32,000 bases of DNA. It comes from Candidatus Heimdallarchaeota archaeon (lineage in GTDB: Archaea; Asgardarchaeota; Heimdallarchaeia; Heimdallarchaeales; Kariarchaeaceae). Within the stretch, counting starts at the first letter, position 1, and each line of letters begins with the position of its first letter. The translations under genes were made by a program, and so were the position numbers. The notes beneath the pieces are model-generated. The model saw nothing but the letters and a program-made list of their open reading frames with translations. It did no database searches and was not told the origin of the DNA. Positions 17,091-26,075 of this stretch are shown piece by piece. The DNA is taken from NCBI GenBank assembly GCA_030149205.1, contig JASBSB010000007.1:270001-302000 (forward strand), read 5' to 3'.

Positions 17091-18059
17091 ATGGAAGAAT
17101 CTAAAACCCTTGAACAACGTCTAAATGAAAAAGTCAAAACTGGTGAGATAAGTGAAGCTGAATTTCAGGAGCTTTTTTCCAAATTTCAGGAGCTTGGGTT
17201 GTTAGGTTCACCTGTTCAGGGGTCAATGAAGAGAAAATCATTACTTGTCACGGGTAAGGAAACCATAACTGGAGATCTGTTAATTGATGGTAACCTCTCA
17301 GTGTATGGTGGATTAATTGTAAATGGTAGCGTCGAATGCAAAAAAGCATCAGTGAATGGTAAAGCTGAGGTCAAAAGACACTTTTATTCAAAGAGTAAGG
17401 TTATTGTGACTGGCAAACTATCAAGCAACACTCTAAATTCAGGAGGAAAAATTTCAATCGCTGGAACTATGAAAATCAATCAGGACATTCAATCAGAAGA
17501 TGAAATTAAAGTGTCCGGAAAACTTGTTGCTGGAGGAACAGTTATGTCTACTCAAAAAATAGTTGTACTTGGATCTGTGACCTCTGACAGTATAAAAAGT
17601 CAATCCACAATAAAAGTTAACGGAAAGGTTTACACAAATGGAAATGTTGAGGCTAAGAAATTTGTGGCGTTAATCCCCACATCATCAGTAATTTCCGGAT
17701 CCTTACTAGCTGATGAGATAGAAATTGGGAATGAAAGCTCTGAAAATCCCATCTTTACGTTAGACCTAAATATATTGGATGATGAAGAAGAAATACCTGA
17801 TTTTGTAACCAATCTACTAAAAAACATCCTTCCGAAGTCAATTAATTTAAATTTCGAAAAATATTTTGGTGATCCTTTTACAATAAAAGGAGACCTAATT
17901 GGAGATAAAATCTACCTAACCAATGTTCACGTACATGGAGACGTTAGGGGGAGAAGTGTAAAACTTGGGAAAAACGTAGAAATTAACGGAAAGTTGTATT
18001 ACACTCAATCCCTTAATGCAGATACCGAACTTCAAGATATAGAAATAATCCAACAATAA
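17091..18059 (+). CDS. Polymer-forming cytoskeletal (bactofilin-like) beta-helix protein with N-terminal SHOCT-like segment
   Basis: Many short 'G.(I/L/V).V.G.(V/L)' repeats. The N-terminus 'EKVKTGEISEAEFQEL' resembles SHOCT. Confidence 0.75.
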   Translation: MEESKTLEQRLNEKVKTGEISEAEFQELFSKFQELGLLGSPVQGSMKRKSLLVTGKETITGDLLIDGNLSVYGGLIVNGSVECKKASVNGKAEVKRHFYSKSKVIVTGKLSSNTLNSGGKISIAGTMKINQDIQSEDEIKVSGKLVAGGTVMSTQKIVVLGSVTSDSIKSQSTIKVNGKVYTNGNVEAKKFVALIPTSSVISGSLLADEIEIGNESSENPIFTLDLNILDDEEEIPDFVTNLLKNILPKSINLNFEKYFGDPFTIKGDLIGDKIYLTNVHVHGDVRGRSVKLGKNVEINGKLYYTQSLNADTELQDIEIIQQ

Positions 18060-18105
18060 ATGCTGATTTCATAAAACATTAATAATAACCATCAATTTTC
18101 ATCAT

Positions 18106-19884
18106 GTGAAAACAAGCCATCCACTCAGGGTTTTGTTTGATTATTCTAATGAATATAAAAAAGACATCTATCTTGCAGTTTTATACTCTATTCTAAACAA
18201 GGTATTTGATATTGCCCCTCCCCTCTTAATCGGTGTGGCAGTGGATGTTGTTGTCAGACAGAATAATTCAATTGTGGCACAGTTTGGTGTAAAAGATTTA
18301 GGGATGCAACTGTTTATACTGGCAGTGTTAACTTTTTTTGTTTGGGTTTTTGAATCGGTTTTTGAATTTGCATTGAAAATTAAATGGAGAAATCTTGCTC
18401 AACAGATTCAAAATGACCTAAGAAACGAGACATATAGACATGTACAAGACCTTGACGTTCAATACTTTGAGAACCAACCAACAGGTGCTCTAATGGCTAT
18501 AATTAACAATGATGTTAATCAATTGGAAAGATTTTTGGATGTTGGGGCAAATGACCTGATTCAGGTATCAACCACTGCACTGGTAATTAGTATAATATTT
18601 TTCATCATTAATGTTCCACTCGCAATCATTGCTACCATTCCCATACCAATCATTCTCTTCTTTTCTATATATTATCAAAAGAAATTGGAAGAAAGGTACA
18701 GCGACGTCAGAGACAAAGTGGGAATTCTTAATTCTCGATTGGCTAATAATTTAAGTGGTATAAAAACCATCAAAAGCTTCACAACTGAGGACTATGAGGC
18801 AAAAAGAATTGAAGAGTCATCCATCGCTTATCAAGTGAGCAATTCCAGAGCAATCACGTTAAGCTCTATGTTCTCTCCCCTGATTCGAATTATTATTCTA
18901 ATTGGATTCTTAGGAATGTTGTTGGTTGGAGGACTTGAAACACTTAATGGTACTATTACTGTTGCAGCATACAGTATTGCGATATTCTTAATACAAAGGT
19001 TGCTTTGGCCTCTAACCAGGTTAGGTGAAACCTTTGATCTGTATCAGAGATCAATGGCATCTGTTAAGAGAATATTCTCTCTACTAAACACAGAGAAAAT
19101 CCTCAAGGATGGAGAAATTTCAATAGAAAAGCAAAAAGTTAGAGGAACTATAGCCTTTAATGATGTTTCCTTTAATTATCCAACTCGAGAAGGTATTTTG
19201 ACCCACCTAAACTTTATTATCAAAGAAGGGGAAACCATTGCATTTGTAGGAACCACTGGAGCTGGAAAATCAACAATCGTTAAATTATTGCTAAGGTTTT
19301 ATGACCCTTCAAGTGGTAATATAACACTAGATGATGTAGATATCAAAACATACAACCTCAAGTGTTTAAGAGAGACAGTGGGATTTGTAAGTCAGGATAC
19401 CTTTCTTGTTGATGGAACAGTAAAGGAAAATATTGCGTACGGAGACCTCAAAGCATCCATGGATGAAATAATAGAAGCAGCAAAAATTGCAGAAATACAT
19501 GAGTTCGTTTCCTCATTACCAGAAGGGTATGATACACTTGTTGGAGAAAGAGGACAGAAACTTTCTGGTGGTCAGAGGCAAAGAATCTCAATTGCAAGGG
19601 CTATCCTTAAGAATCCCCCGATTTTAATTCTAGATGAGGCAACTTCAAGCGTAGACAATGAAACAGAAGCAGCTATTCAGAAGTCTTTAGAGAAAATAAT
19701 CGTGGGAAGAACCACAATTATCATTGCTCACAGATTATCTACAATAAGAAAAGCTGATAGAATATTTGTTCTTGAACGGGGTCATATCATTGAATCAGGG
19801 ACACATGATGACCTGTTAAATCTGAGAAACTTATATTTTGCCCTTTGGAATGTACAAACAGGAGAGGGTATATCTGCAGATTAA
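18106..19884 (+). CDS. ABC exporter, fused permease + ATPase (MsbA/ABCB half-transporter)
   Basis: 6-TM domain. Walker A 'GTTGAGKST', Q-loop 'VSQD', signature 'LSGGQ', Walker B 'ILILDEATS', H-loop 'IAHRLST'. Confidence 0.97.
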   Translation: MKTSHPLRVLFDYSNEYKKDIYLAVLYSILNKVFDIAPPLLIGVAVDVVVRQNNSIVAQFGVKDLGMQLFILAVLTFFVWVFESVFEFALKIKWRNLAQQIQNDLRNETYRHVQDLDVQYFENQPTGALMAIINNDVNQLERFLDVGANDLIQVSTTALVISIIFFIINVPLAIIATIPIPIILFFSIYYQKKLEERYSDVRDKVGILNSRLANNLSGIKTIKSFTTEDYEAKRIEESSIAYQVSNSRAITLSSMFSPLIRIIILIGFLGMLLVGGLETLNGTITVAAYSIAIFLIQRLLWPLTRLGETFDLYQRSMASVKRIFSLLNTEKILKDGEISIEKQKVRGTIAFNDVSFNYPTREGILTHLNFIIKEGETIAFVGTTGAGKSTIVKLLLRFYDPSSGNITLDDVDIKTYNLKCLRETVGFVSQDTFLVDGTVKENIAYGDLKASMDEIIEAAKIAEIHEFVSSLPEGYDTLVGERGQKLSGGQRQRISIARAILKNPPILILDEATSSVDNETEAAIQKSLEKIIVGRTTIIIAHRLSTIRKADRIFVLERGHIIESGTHDDLLNLRNLYFALWNVQTGEGISAD

Positions 19885-20453
19885 GAACGTCTCCTAATTT
19901 CCGTTCGAACAGCTTCCTGAATATCTATAGATCCTAATAATCTTAGTTCTAACAGCTTCTCATTGGTCAATCTGTGTAAGACTGAGTTTATTAACATACA
20001 ATTAGGTCTAGCCAATATGAAGCTCATAAGGGTGTCTTGCTCGAGAGGTTTTTTAAGAGCCTCTTTCAGTACATATTTATTATTTTCATAAAGCAACACC
20101 TGCTCCAAAGATCTCATATCTGATAATTTATCAACTATCAACAACCTCAACCACCATTCATCCTGAATTGTATAAATTTTTAATAGACTTTCTGAGCTGG
20201 AAAGTTTCGAAATACACAGTTTGATCATATCTGTGTTTTTAGTATGTTCGTATATTTGGTAAATTTGCTTTTCATTTGTTAATCGTTCAAGTGCTCTATA
20301 TCTTACTGAAAGCTGAGGATCTGAAATAGCAAATTTAAATAATATCTCTTCGTCATATACCTGTTCAACTACCAGCATCCTTCTTCTCCAATCTGGATGA
20401 TGTAAATACCGAAGTAATAACTCAGAATCTCCTGAATTGGATTGTGAATTCAA
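19881..20453 (-). CDS. Short helical-repeat (HEAT-like) hypothetical protein
   Basis: Repeating ~24-aa units such as 'DPQLSVRYRALERLTNEKQIYQI' and 'DEWWLRLLIVDKLSDMRSLEQV'. Starts 3 bp after the HAD stop. Confidence 0.6.
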   Translation of the reverse strand: MNSQSNSGDSELLLRYLHHPDWRRRMLVVEQVYDEEILFKFAISDPQLSVRYRALERLTNEKQIYQIYEHTKNTDMIKLCISKLSSSESLLKIYTIQDEWWLRLLIVDKLSDMRSLEQVLLYENNKYVLKEALKKPLEQDTLMSFILARPNCMLINSVLHRLTNEKLLELRLLGSIDIQEAVRTEIRRRS

Positions 20454-20456
20454 ATG

Positions 20457-21089
20457 CTAATCACCTGACAAGCGAAGATAGCAGTCATTAAGAGATATTG
20501 AATCTTCAAATTCATTGTTCACCATAGTAAATTGTATCCCTGCGTTTTTTGCTGCCTCTTGATCTGTTGGGCTGTCTCCAATGAATAGGACCCTGTGATT
20601 TTCATATTTTACTGCTAATAGAGATAAAGCCTTAATAATCGGTTCAGGAGACGGTTTAACCTTTTTCACATCTGAGGAACCAACAACACAATAAAAAAAA
20701 TCAAGTATCTCTGCCTTTTTTAACATGTTTTTGGCACTTTGTGTGTCATTGTTTGTTACAACTGCCAGAGGAATCCCCCTTGACCTTCCCCATTCCAAAA
20801 ACTTATCCACCCCTTTAAACAAAATAGGTTGAAACTTTGGATCAGAGCTGTAGCTCCTAAAATATGAAATGAAATGTTCCACCATTTGATTGATTTTTTC
20901 ATCTGGTACAGAGAGGTGTTCTGCTGTTTTTTCTGTGGATAAGCCTTTTAAGGACAAAATTTGTTCTGAGGATTTTTGTTCTAACCCTAGCTTTTCTAAT
21001 CCAGTTTTATAAGCAGAAACTACTACATGAGTGTTATCTAGTAATGTTCCATCTAAGTCAAATAAAATGATATCTGGTTTGGTGTTCAA
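20457..21089 (-). CDS. HAD-superfamily hydrolase (phosphoglycolate phosphatase-like, subfamily IA)
   Basis: Motif I 'FDLDGTL', II 'VVTN', III 'KPSP', IV 'IGDSPTDQEAAKNAG'. Confidence 0.93.
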   Translation of the reverse strand: MNTKPDIILFDLDGTLLDNTHVVVSAYKTGLEKLGLEQKSSEQILSLKGLSTEKTAEHLSVPDEKINQMVEHFISYFRSYSSDPKFQPILFKGVDKFLEWGRSRGIPLAVVTNNDTQSAKNMLKKAEILDFFYCVVGSSDVKKVKPSPEPIIKALSLLAVKYENHRVLFIGDSPTDQEAAKNAGIQFTMVNNEFEDSISLNDCYLRLSGD

Positions 21090-21568
21090 TGATTAACGAT
21101 AGCTTGTGACACTTTATTAAGTAATTTATTGTGCAAAGATAATTGTAAAGCGTGTCAAGAAAAGGTGGTTTGTTAGGTTCGAACGGATCCTGACAACGCT
21201 CATTGATACTTTAAGCAAAACTACTTAAAGCTCCGTTACTCTGTATAGTTTATATATTTATAAACCCTACCTTTATTTAAATAGAAGAACCTCACTATTG
21301 AGATTAATTTTGAATCTACAGATATTTTTTTACCCTCTCGCGATAATAGCTCATACTATAATCTAAAAGGTAATTCTAACAAATTTTTAGTCAGTCTTTG
21401 ATACTCAATTATGTTGTCGAATTGAATAAAACATTCTATTAACAGAAGATAAACTATCTAAAATCTAATACAATTGCTAAGTTCATTTGATACTTTTGTT
21501 CAAACCCTTTCTAGGTTATGTACAATATTTAAATAAAGATGGTATATACAAGAAGCAGTTGATTGATC

Positions 21569-23080
21569 ATGGACAAAAAATATGTTTTAGCTATTGACCA
21601 AGGCACAACAAGCACAAGGAGTATCATTTTTGATCATGGAGGCAAAATTATCGCTTCTTATCAAAAAGAACATGAACAGATCTACCCTAAACCCGGATGG
21701 GTTGAACATGACCCTATGGAAATATGGGATAGAGCAAAAGAGGTTGTTCAGGAAACTCTCAGACATGTAAGTGTAGATGAAATAGCTGCGGTTGGAATAA
21801 CAAACCAAAGAGAAACTACTGTGGTGTGGAACAAAAAAACTGGAAAACCAGTCTATAACGCAATTGTTTGGCAGGACACAAGAACTGATAAAATATGTAA
21901 TACATTGGCTGCAGATGGTGGACAAGATAGATTCAGAGAGAAAGTTGGATTACCACTCGCAACATATTTCTCTGGACCAAAGGTTAAATGGGTCCTAGAG
22001 AACGTAGATGGCGCAAAAGAGCTTGCTGATAAAAACGAACTTCTCTTTGGAAACATTGACTCTTGGTTAATCTGGAACCTAACTGGCGGAGTAAATGGAG
22101 GATCACATGTAACTGATGTCACCAATGCCAGTAGAACAATGTTAATGAATCTAAAAACCCTTCAATGGGATGATGAAATTCTAAAGATTATGGGTGTTCC
22201 TAAATCGATGTTGCCAGAGATTAGACCATCAAGTGATCCAAAGGTGTATGGACACACAACTGAAAATGGACCATTTAAAGCAAGATTACCAGTAAGTGGT
22301 GATCTAGGTGATCAACAGGCAGCCACAGTGGGTCAGGCATGTTTGAAACCTGGTGAAGTGAAGAACACCTATGGAACTGGTTGTTTTATGATCCTTAATA
22401 CAGGTCATGAGCTTGTTCATTCAAAGAATGGCCTACTCACAACCCTTTGTTACAAGTTTGGAGATGAAAAACCAGTATATGCCTTAGAAGGTTCGATCGC
22501 AATAACTGGTGCCCTTGTCCAATGGTTAAGAGATAACATTGGATTAATTAAGAGCTCAGATGAGGTTGAGGGTCTGGCCAGAACTGTTGAAGACAACGGT
22601 GGTGTTTACTTTGTACCTGCTTTCTCAGGATTGTTTGCACCTTACTGGAGGTCTGATGCAAGAGGAGCAATTGTTGGTATGACAAGATATGTAAACAAAG
22701 GACACCTTGCAAGAGCCACATTGGAAGCCTCTGCCTTTCAGACTAAAGAGGTGTTGGATGCAATGAATGCTGATTCAGGAGTGCCAATTACAACATTAAA
22801 GGTTGATGGTGGTATGGTAAAGAATGAGCTGTTGATGCAATTCCAAAGTGATATTCTGGGAATACCTGTTGTTAGACCAGTTGTCGCAGAGACAACTTCC
22901 CTTGGTGCTGCTTATGCCGCAGGATTGGCTGTTGGATTCTGGAAAGACACAAATGATATCATTAACAACTGGCAAAAAGATAAAGACTGGTCAGCTAAAA
23001 TGAGTTCTGATGACAGGGCTAAACAATACAAATTGTGGAAGAAAGCAGTAACAAAAACCTTTGATTGGGTAGACGAATAG
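21569..23080 (+). CDS. glpK: Glycerol kinase
   Basis: '[10 protein letters not shown]', 'GITNQRET', 'VWQDTRT', 'TDVTNASRT', 'GDQQAA', 'KNTYGTGCF', 'YALEGS', '[11 protein letters not shown]', 'LKVDGG', 'MQFQSD'. Confidence 0.98.
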   Translation: MDKKYVLAIDQGTTSTRSIIFDHGGKIIASYQKEHEQIYPKPGWVEHDPMEIWDRAKEVVQETLRHVSVDEIAAVGITNQRETTVVWNKKTGKPVYNAIVWQDTRTDKICNTLAADGGQDRFREKVGLPLATYFSGPKVKWVLENVDGAKELADKNELLFGNIDSWLIWNLTGGVNGGSHVTDVTNASRTMLMNLKTLQWDDEILKIMGVPKSMLPEIRPSSDPKVYGHTTENGPFKARLPVSGDLGDQQAATVGQACLKPGEVKNTYGTGCFMILNTGHELVHSKNGLLTTLCYKFGDEKPVYALEGSIAITGALVQWLRDNIGLIKSSDEVEGLARTVEDNGGVYFVPAFSGLFAPYWRSDARGAIVGMTRYVNKGHLARATLEASAFQTKEVLDAMNADSGVPITTLKVDGGMVKNELLMQFQSDILGIPVVRPVVAETTSLGAAYAAGLAVGFWKDTNDIINNWQKDKDWSAKMSSDDRAKQYKLWKKAVTKTFDWVDE

Positions 23081-23081
23081 A

Positions 23082-24203
23082 TCATAAGTAACTTATTAAG
23101 ATCTCACCAGCATTAAAATTTAAACGATATTTACTCTTAAAATAATTAACAATTTCTGAAAATATGTTTTTAAGTAACTCCGACCTGTATTCACCAGAAA
23201 CTGTACTCATGTTAGTTGCCAAAGTAAAATCAATAACCTTCACCCCATCATCTGTAAGGAGTAAATTGTCCACAGAAAAATCCCTGTGGAAAATATGACA
23301 CCTTTTGAATAAATCAAAAAATACATTCAGGCTTCGGTAAAGGTAGTCCATTGGGTTTCCCAGTAGTCGTAAATCGGTCTCTCTAATCGTAGGTGCAAGT
23401 CTCCCTCTATAAAAAAGTGGCTCAAGCCATAGCACAGGTCCATTTCGTTGATAAACCTGAGGAGCTGGAATATTCTCACTATTAACAAATTTTAGCAATT
23501 TTTCCTCATGCCTTGCCAACTTTTCCGGGATATCCCATCTTGTTCTTTTTTTCTTTGTTTTGGAATATTTTTTTACTCCATTTGAATATGGGTAATAGAT
23601 CTTCAAAATTCTATTTTGATGATTGTGGGTTTCAGTTATAAAAATCTCTGCCTCCTTCCCTTTGGCGATAATCTGTGACTTGGTGATAAAACGATCTGAT
23701 TTCAACTGACTAAGAATCTGATTTGTTGTTTTCAAAGATTTGAATTCAAGCTTATTTACATTGATATTCGAGGTCTCTAGGATCTTCCACTCACCCGTAA
23801 GCCCATCTAACTTATATTTTGCACCATAGCCCCGCATGGCAAAGCGTACAAACAAGGACGCACTTTCTGTTGAGTTTGGCTTAGCATTCTTTTTCATCCC
23901 CTCAAGTTGTAACAGGTGTTGCAACGACAAAAATCTATTCTTACCACCTCGAGTAATAAGAATAAACTTCTGATTTTGTAACCCTGTCCAATGAACCTCC
24001 CCCAGGTCATCTATTACTATGTAGTCTGGCTTGAGATGTCGTATCAAATAAAAAAGCCTCTGCTTTGATATCCTTGAAAAACTAACCTCTGAATCGTAAC
24101 TACAGTTCCATAGATAAATAGAATAATATGCTCTTTTTTGGCTGGATCGTAGATTACCTGAGTAAATGTCAACCCCCATAAGCTTCTGGTCGTACATCAT
24201 CAC
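23082..24203 (-). CDS. Fusion of a COG2433 (DUF460-protein) N-terminal-like domain and a RIO-family atypical kinase
   Basis: The C-terminal half has RIO motifs 'IAKGKEAEIF', 'LKIY', 'GRLAP', 'HRDFSVDNLL' and 'VIDF'. The N-terminal half ('LMGVDI', 'RLFYLIRHLKPDYIVID', 'RGYG') resembles the N-terminus of archaeal COG2433 proteins. Confidence 0.8.
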   Translation of the reverse strand: MMMYDQKLMGVDIYSGNLRSSQKRAYYSIYLWNCSYDSEVSFSRISKQRLFYLIRHLKPDYIVIDDLGEVHWTGLQNQKFILITRGGKNRFLSLQHLLQLEGMKKNAKPNSTESASLFVRFAMRGYGAKYKLDGLTGEWKILETSNINVNKLEFKSLKTTNQILSQLKSDRFITKSQIIAKGKEAEIFITETHNHQNRILKIYYPYSNGVKKYSKTKKKRTRWDIPEKLARHEEKLLKFVNSENIPAPQVYQRNGPVLWLEPLFYRGRLAPTIRETDLRLLGNPMDYLYRSLNVFFDLFKRCHIFHRDFSVDNLLLTDDGVKVIDFTLATNMSTVSGEYRSELLKNIFSEIVNYFKSKYRLNFNAGEILISYL

Positions 24204-24353
24204 AATAACAAAATCAGTAATAATCCTTGGTTACTCTCTATTTATAGGTTATGTTTTCAGAATTGAAACTATATGAAACTCAAATTATTTTATCAAAAGT
24301 TCCTCAGAATTAAAAATGGGAATTTTTTCTAACATCATCAAATAGTGATTCTT

Positions 24354-24375
24354 TGGTAGATACTTATATCTACCA
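24354..24375. promoter_or_regulatory. Perfect 9-bp inverted repeat in a divergent promoter region
   Basis: TGGTAGATA-ctta-TATCTACCA, with a TTATAT element at its centre, 18 nt upstream of the GTPase start. Confidence 0.5.
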
Positions 24376-24393
24376 TGCGAGGAACAATTATCT

Positions 24394-26004
24394 GTGACGG
24401 GGTTCCAATTTCCTCTTGTGGGGATTCCAGAACAAGATCGGGGAAATATAGAATACAAGCTACTGCTTAGAGATACAAACCCAGAAAGATTAGATGAATT
24501 GGCAACCCAAATGAAATTTAGACTCTTTGAAGGAGGAGGAGAAGCAATTTATATCATCGGAATACGAGATGATGGCTATCCTGAGGGGATCAGCGAAGAG
24601 GAAATGACAATATCATTGGAAACCCTACAATCAATAGCAAGAAAAATTAATGCATACACTGAGATATTACGTTCCCACGAAGATTCCGAAACTAAATTAA
24701 AAATTACCGAATTATTGGTCAGGAAGCATAAGGATCCAGAAAAGCTTCCAATGGATATTCCTGTTGTAACACTTGGAAATGTGGATAGTGGAAAATCCAC
24801 CCTGTTGGGAGTTCTACAGACTGGAAATTTAGATGATGGCAGGGGAAGTGCAAGAATCAGCATATTTAGATACAAACATGAGCTTGAATCAGGACGGACA
24901 TCCTCCATAAGTCAGGTGACAATAGGATTTAAAGTCGACGGTAAAATTGTCTCTCAGGATAAGATACATGTTCCAACAGATATGGAGATTCTCGAGGAAT
25001 CAATTAAAACTATTTCATTCTATGACCTTGCTGGCCATGAAAAATACCTTAAGACCACAATCTATGGATTGTCAACGATTAACCCAAAATTTGCATTGTT
25101 AATTGTTGCTGCGAACCAAGGGGTGTTACCCATGACTAAAGAGCATCTGGGACTCGCAGTATCCCTTAGGATACCATTAATAATAGTCATAACAAAAGAG
25201 GATATGACACCACCCCAAAAATATGAAGAGACTCTCAATTCCGTCAAAAAGATACTTCGAATACCAGGTGTCTCAAGAATCCCACTTCTAATTTACAACG
25301 AGAATGATCTCTATCTTGGAATTAATCACCTTCCAAAAGGTGACATTGTCCCCATCATCTCAGTATCTTCTGTTAAGGGAACAAACATAAATCTCTTAAC
25401 TAAATTTCTAAACTTATTACCAATAACCAAAACTCAAAAGGATAAACAAGCACTTGAGTTTGGAGCTTACATAACTGAAATTTTCTTCGTCACTGGTGTG
25501 GGGACTGTTGTATCAGTCCAGATCTACTCCGGTAGTCTTAGGGTTCAAGATTTTGTTCATCTAGGGCCATTTGAGGGTGGTATCTTCAAAAAAGTACGGG
25601 TCAAATCAATCCACTACAAAAGGGTTCCAACCAAGGAGGTGTTCAGTGGACAAACTGCCACATTTGCATTACATCAGGTAAAGAGAGAAGAAGTGCGAAA
25701 AGGAATGGTTCTACTTGGGATGAATATGAATCTAGGTGCGAGTAATGGATTTGTTGGAGAAATTTATATTCTATACCATTCAACAACAATAAAGCAGGGG
25801 TATGCTCCTGTGGTTCACACCCAATCAATACAACAATCTGCAAAGATTGTAAAGATGAACAAAAGTGTTCTAAGGACTGGAGATCGCGCAAAGGTAACCT
25901 TTGAGTTTATGTACAGACCCGAATTCATTTCTATTGGACAAAAGTTTTTGATTAGAGAGGGTAAAACAAAGGGGATAGGTCAAATAATCAAACTTATTCC
26001 ATAA
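24394..26004 (+). CDS. GTPBP1/GTPBP2-family translational GTPase
   Basis: N-domain 'GNIEYKL...ATQMKFRLFEGGGEAIYIIG'. G1 'GNVDSGKST', family motif 'DDGRGSAR...HELESGRTSS', G3 'DLAGHEKY', G4 'TKED'. EF-Tu-like beta-barrels with 'FLIREGKTKGIG'. GTG start with GAGGA 9 nt upstream. Confidence 0.95.
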   Translation: MTGFQFPLVGIPEQDRGNIEYKLLLRDTNPERLDELATQMKFRLFEGGGEAIYIIGIRDDGYPEGISEEEMTISLETLQSIARKINAYTEILRSHEDSETKLKITELLVRKHKDPEKLPMDIPVVTLGNVDSGKSTLLGVLQTGNLDDGRGSARISIFRYKHELESGRTSSISQVTIGFKVDGKIVSQDKIHVPTDMEILEESIKTISFYDLAGHEKYLKTTIYGLSTINPKFALLIVAANQGVLPMTKEHLGLAVSLRIPLIIVITKEDMTPPQKYEETLNSVKKILRIPGVSRIPLLIYNENDLYLGINHLPKGDIVPIISVSSVKGTNINLLTKFLNLLPITKTQKDKQALEFGAYITEIFFVTGVGTVVSVQIYSGSLRVQDFVHLGPFEGGIFKKVRVKSIHYKRVPTKEVFSGQTATFALHQVKREEVRKGMVLLGMNMNLGASNGFVGEIYILYHSTTIKQGYAPVVHTQSIQQSAKIVKMNKSVLRTGDRAKVTFEFMYRPEFISIGQKFLIREGKTKGIGQIIKLIP

Positions 26005-26075
26005 ACCTCTTCAGTTAAGGGATAGGTCATCGTCGGAATCTGAACCTTTTTTTAGAGCTTTTATAATCAGAAGTT

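Noticed and set aside
12738-18059. Functional link between the MglA-like GTPase and the bactofilin-like protein (by analogy to Myxococcus SofG-BacP)
   Set aside because: They are separated by rpoB and lie on opposite strands; the analogy alone is not evidence.
21100-21159. Imperfect inverted repeat (TGACAC...GTGTCA) just upstream of the HAD gene
   Set aside because: Only a 6-bp perfect core plus bulged extensions; could be chance, and no ncRNA family is recognisable.
21170-21197. GGTTCGAA (tRNA T-loop-like) inside an imperfect hairpin in the HAD-glpK intergenic region
   Set aside because: The flanking 5-bp T-stem does not pair, and no acceptor, D or anticodon arms can be built. Not a tRNA.
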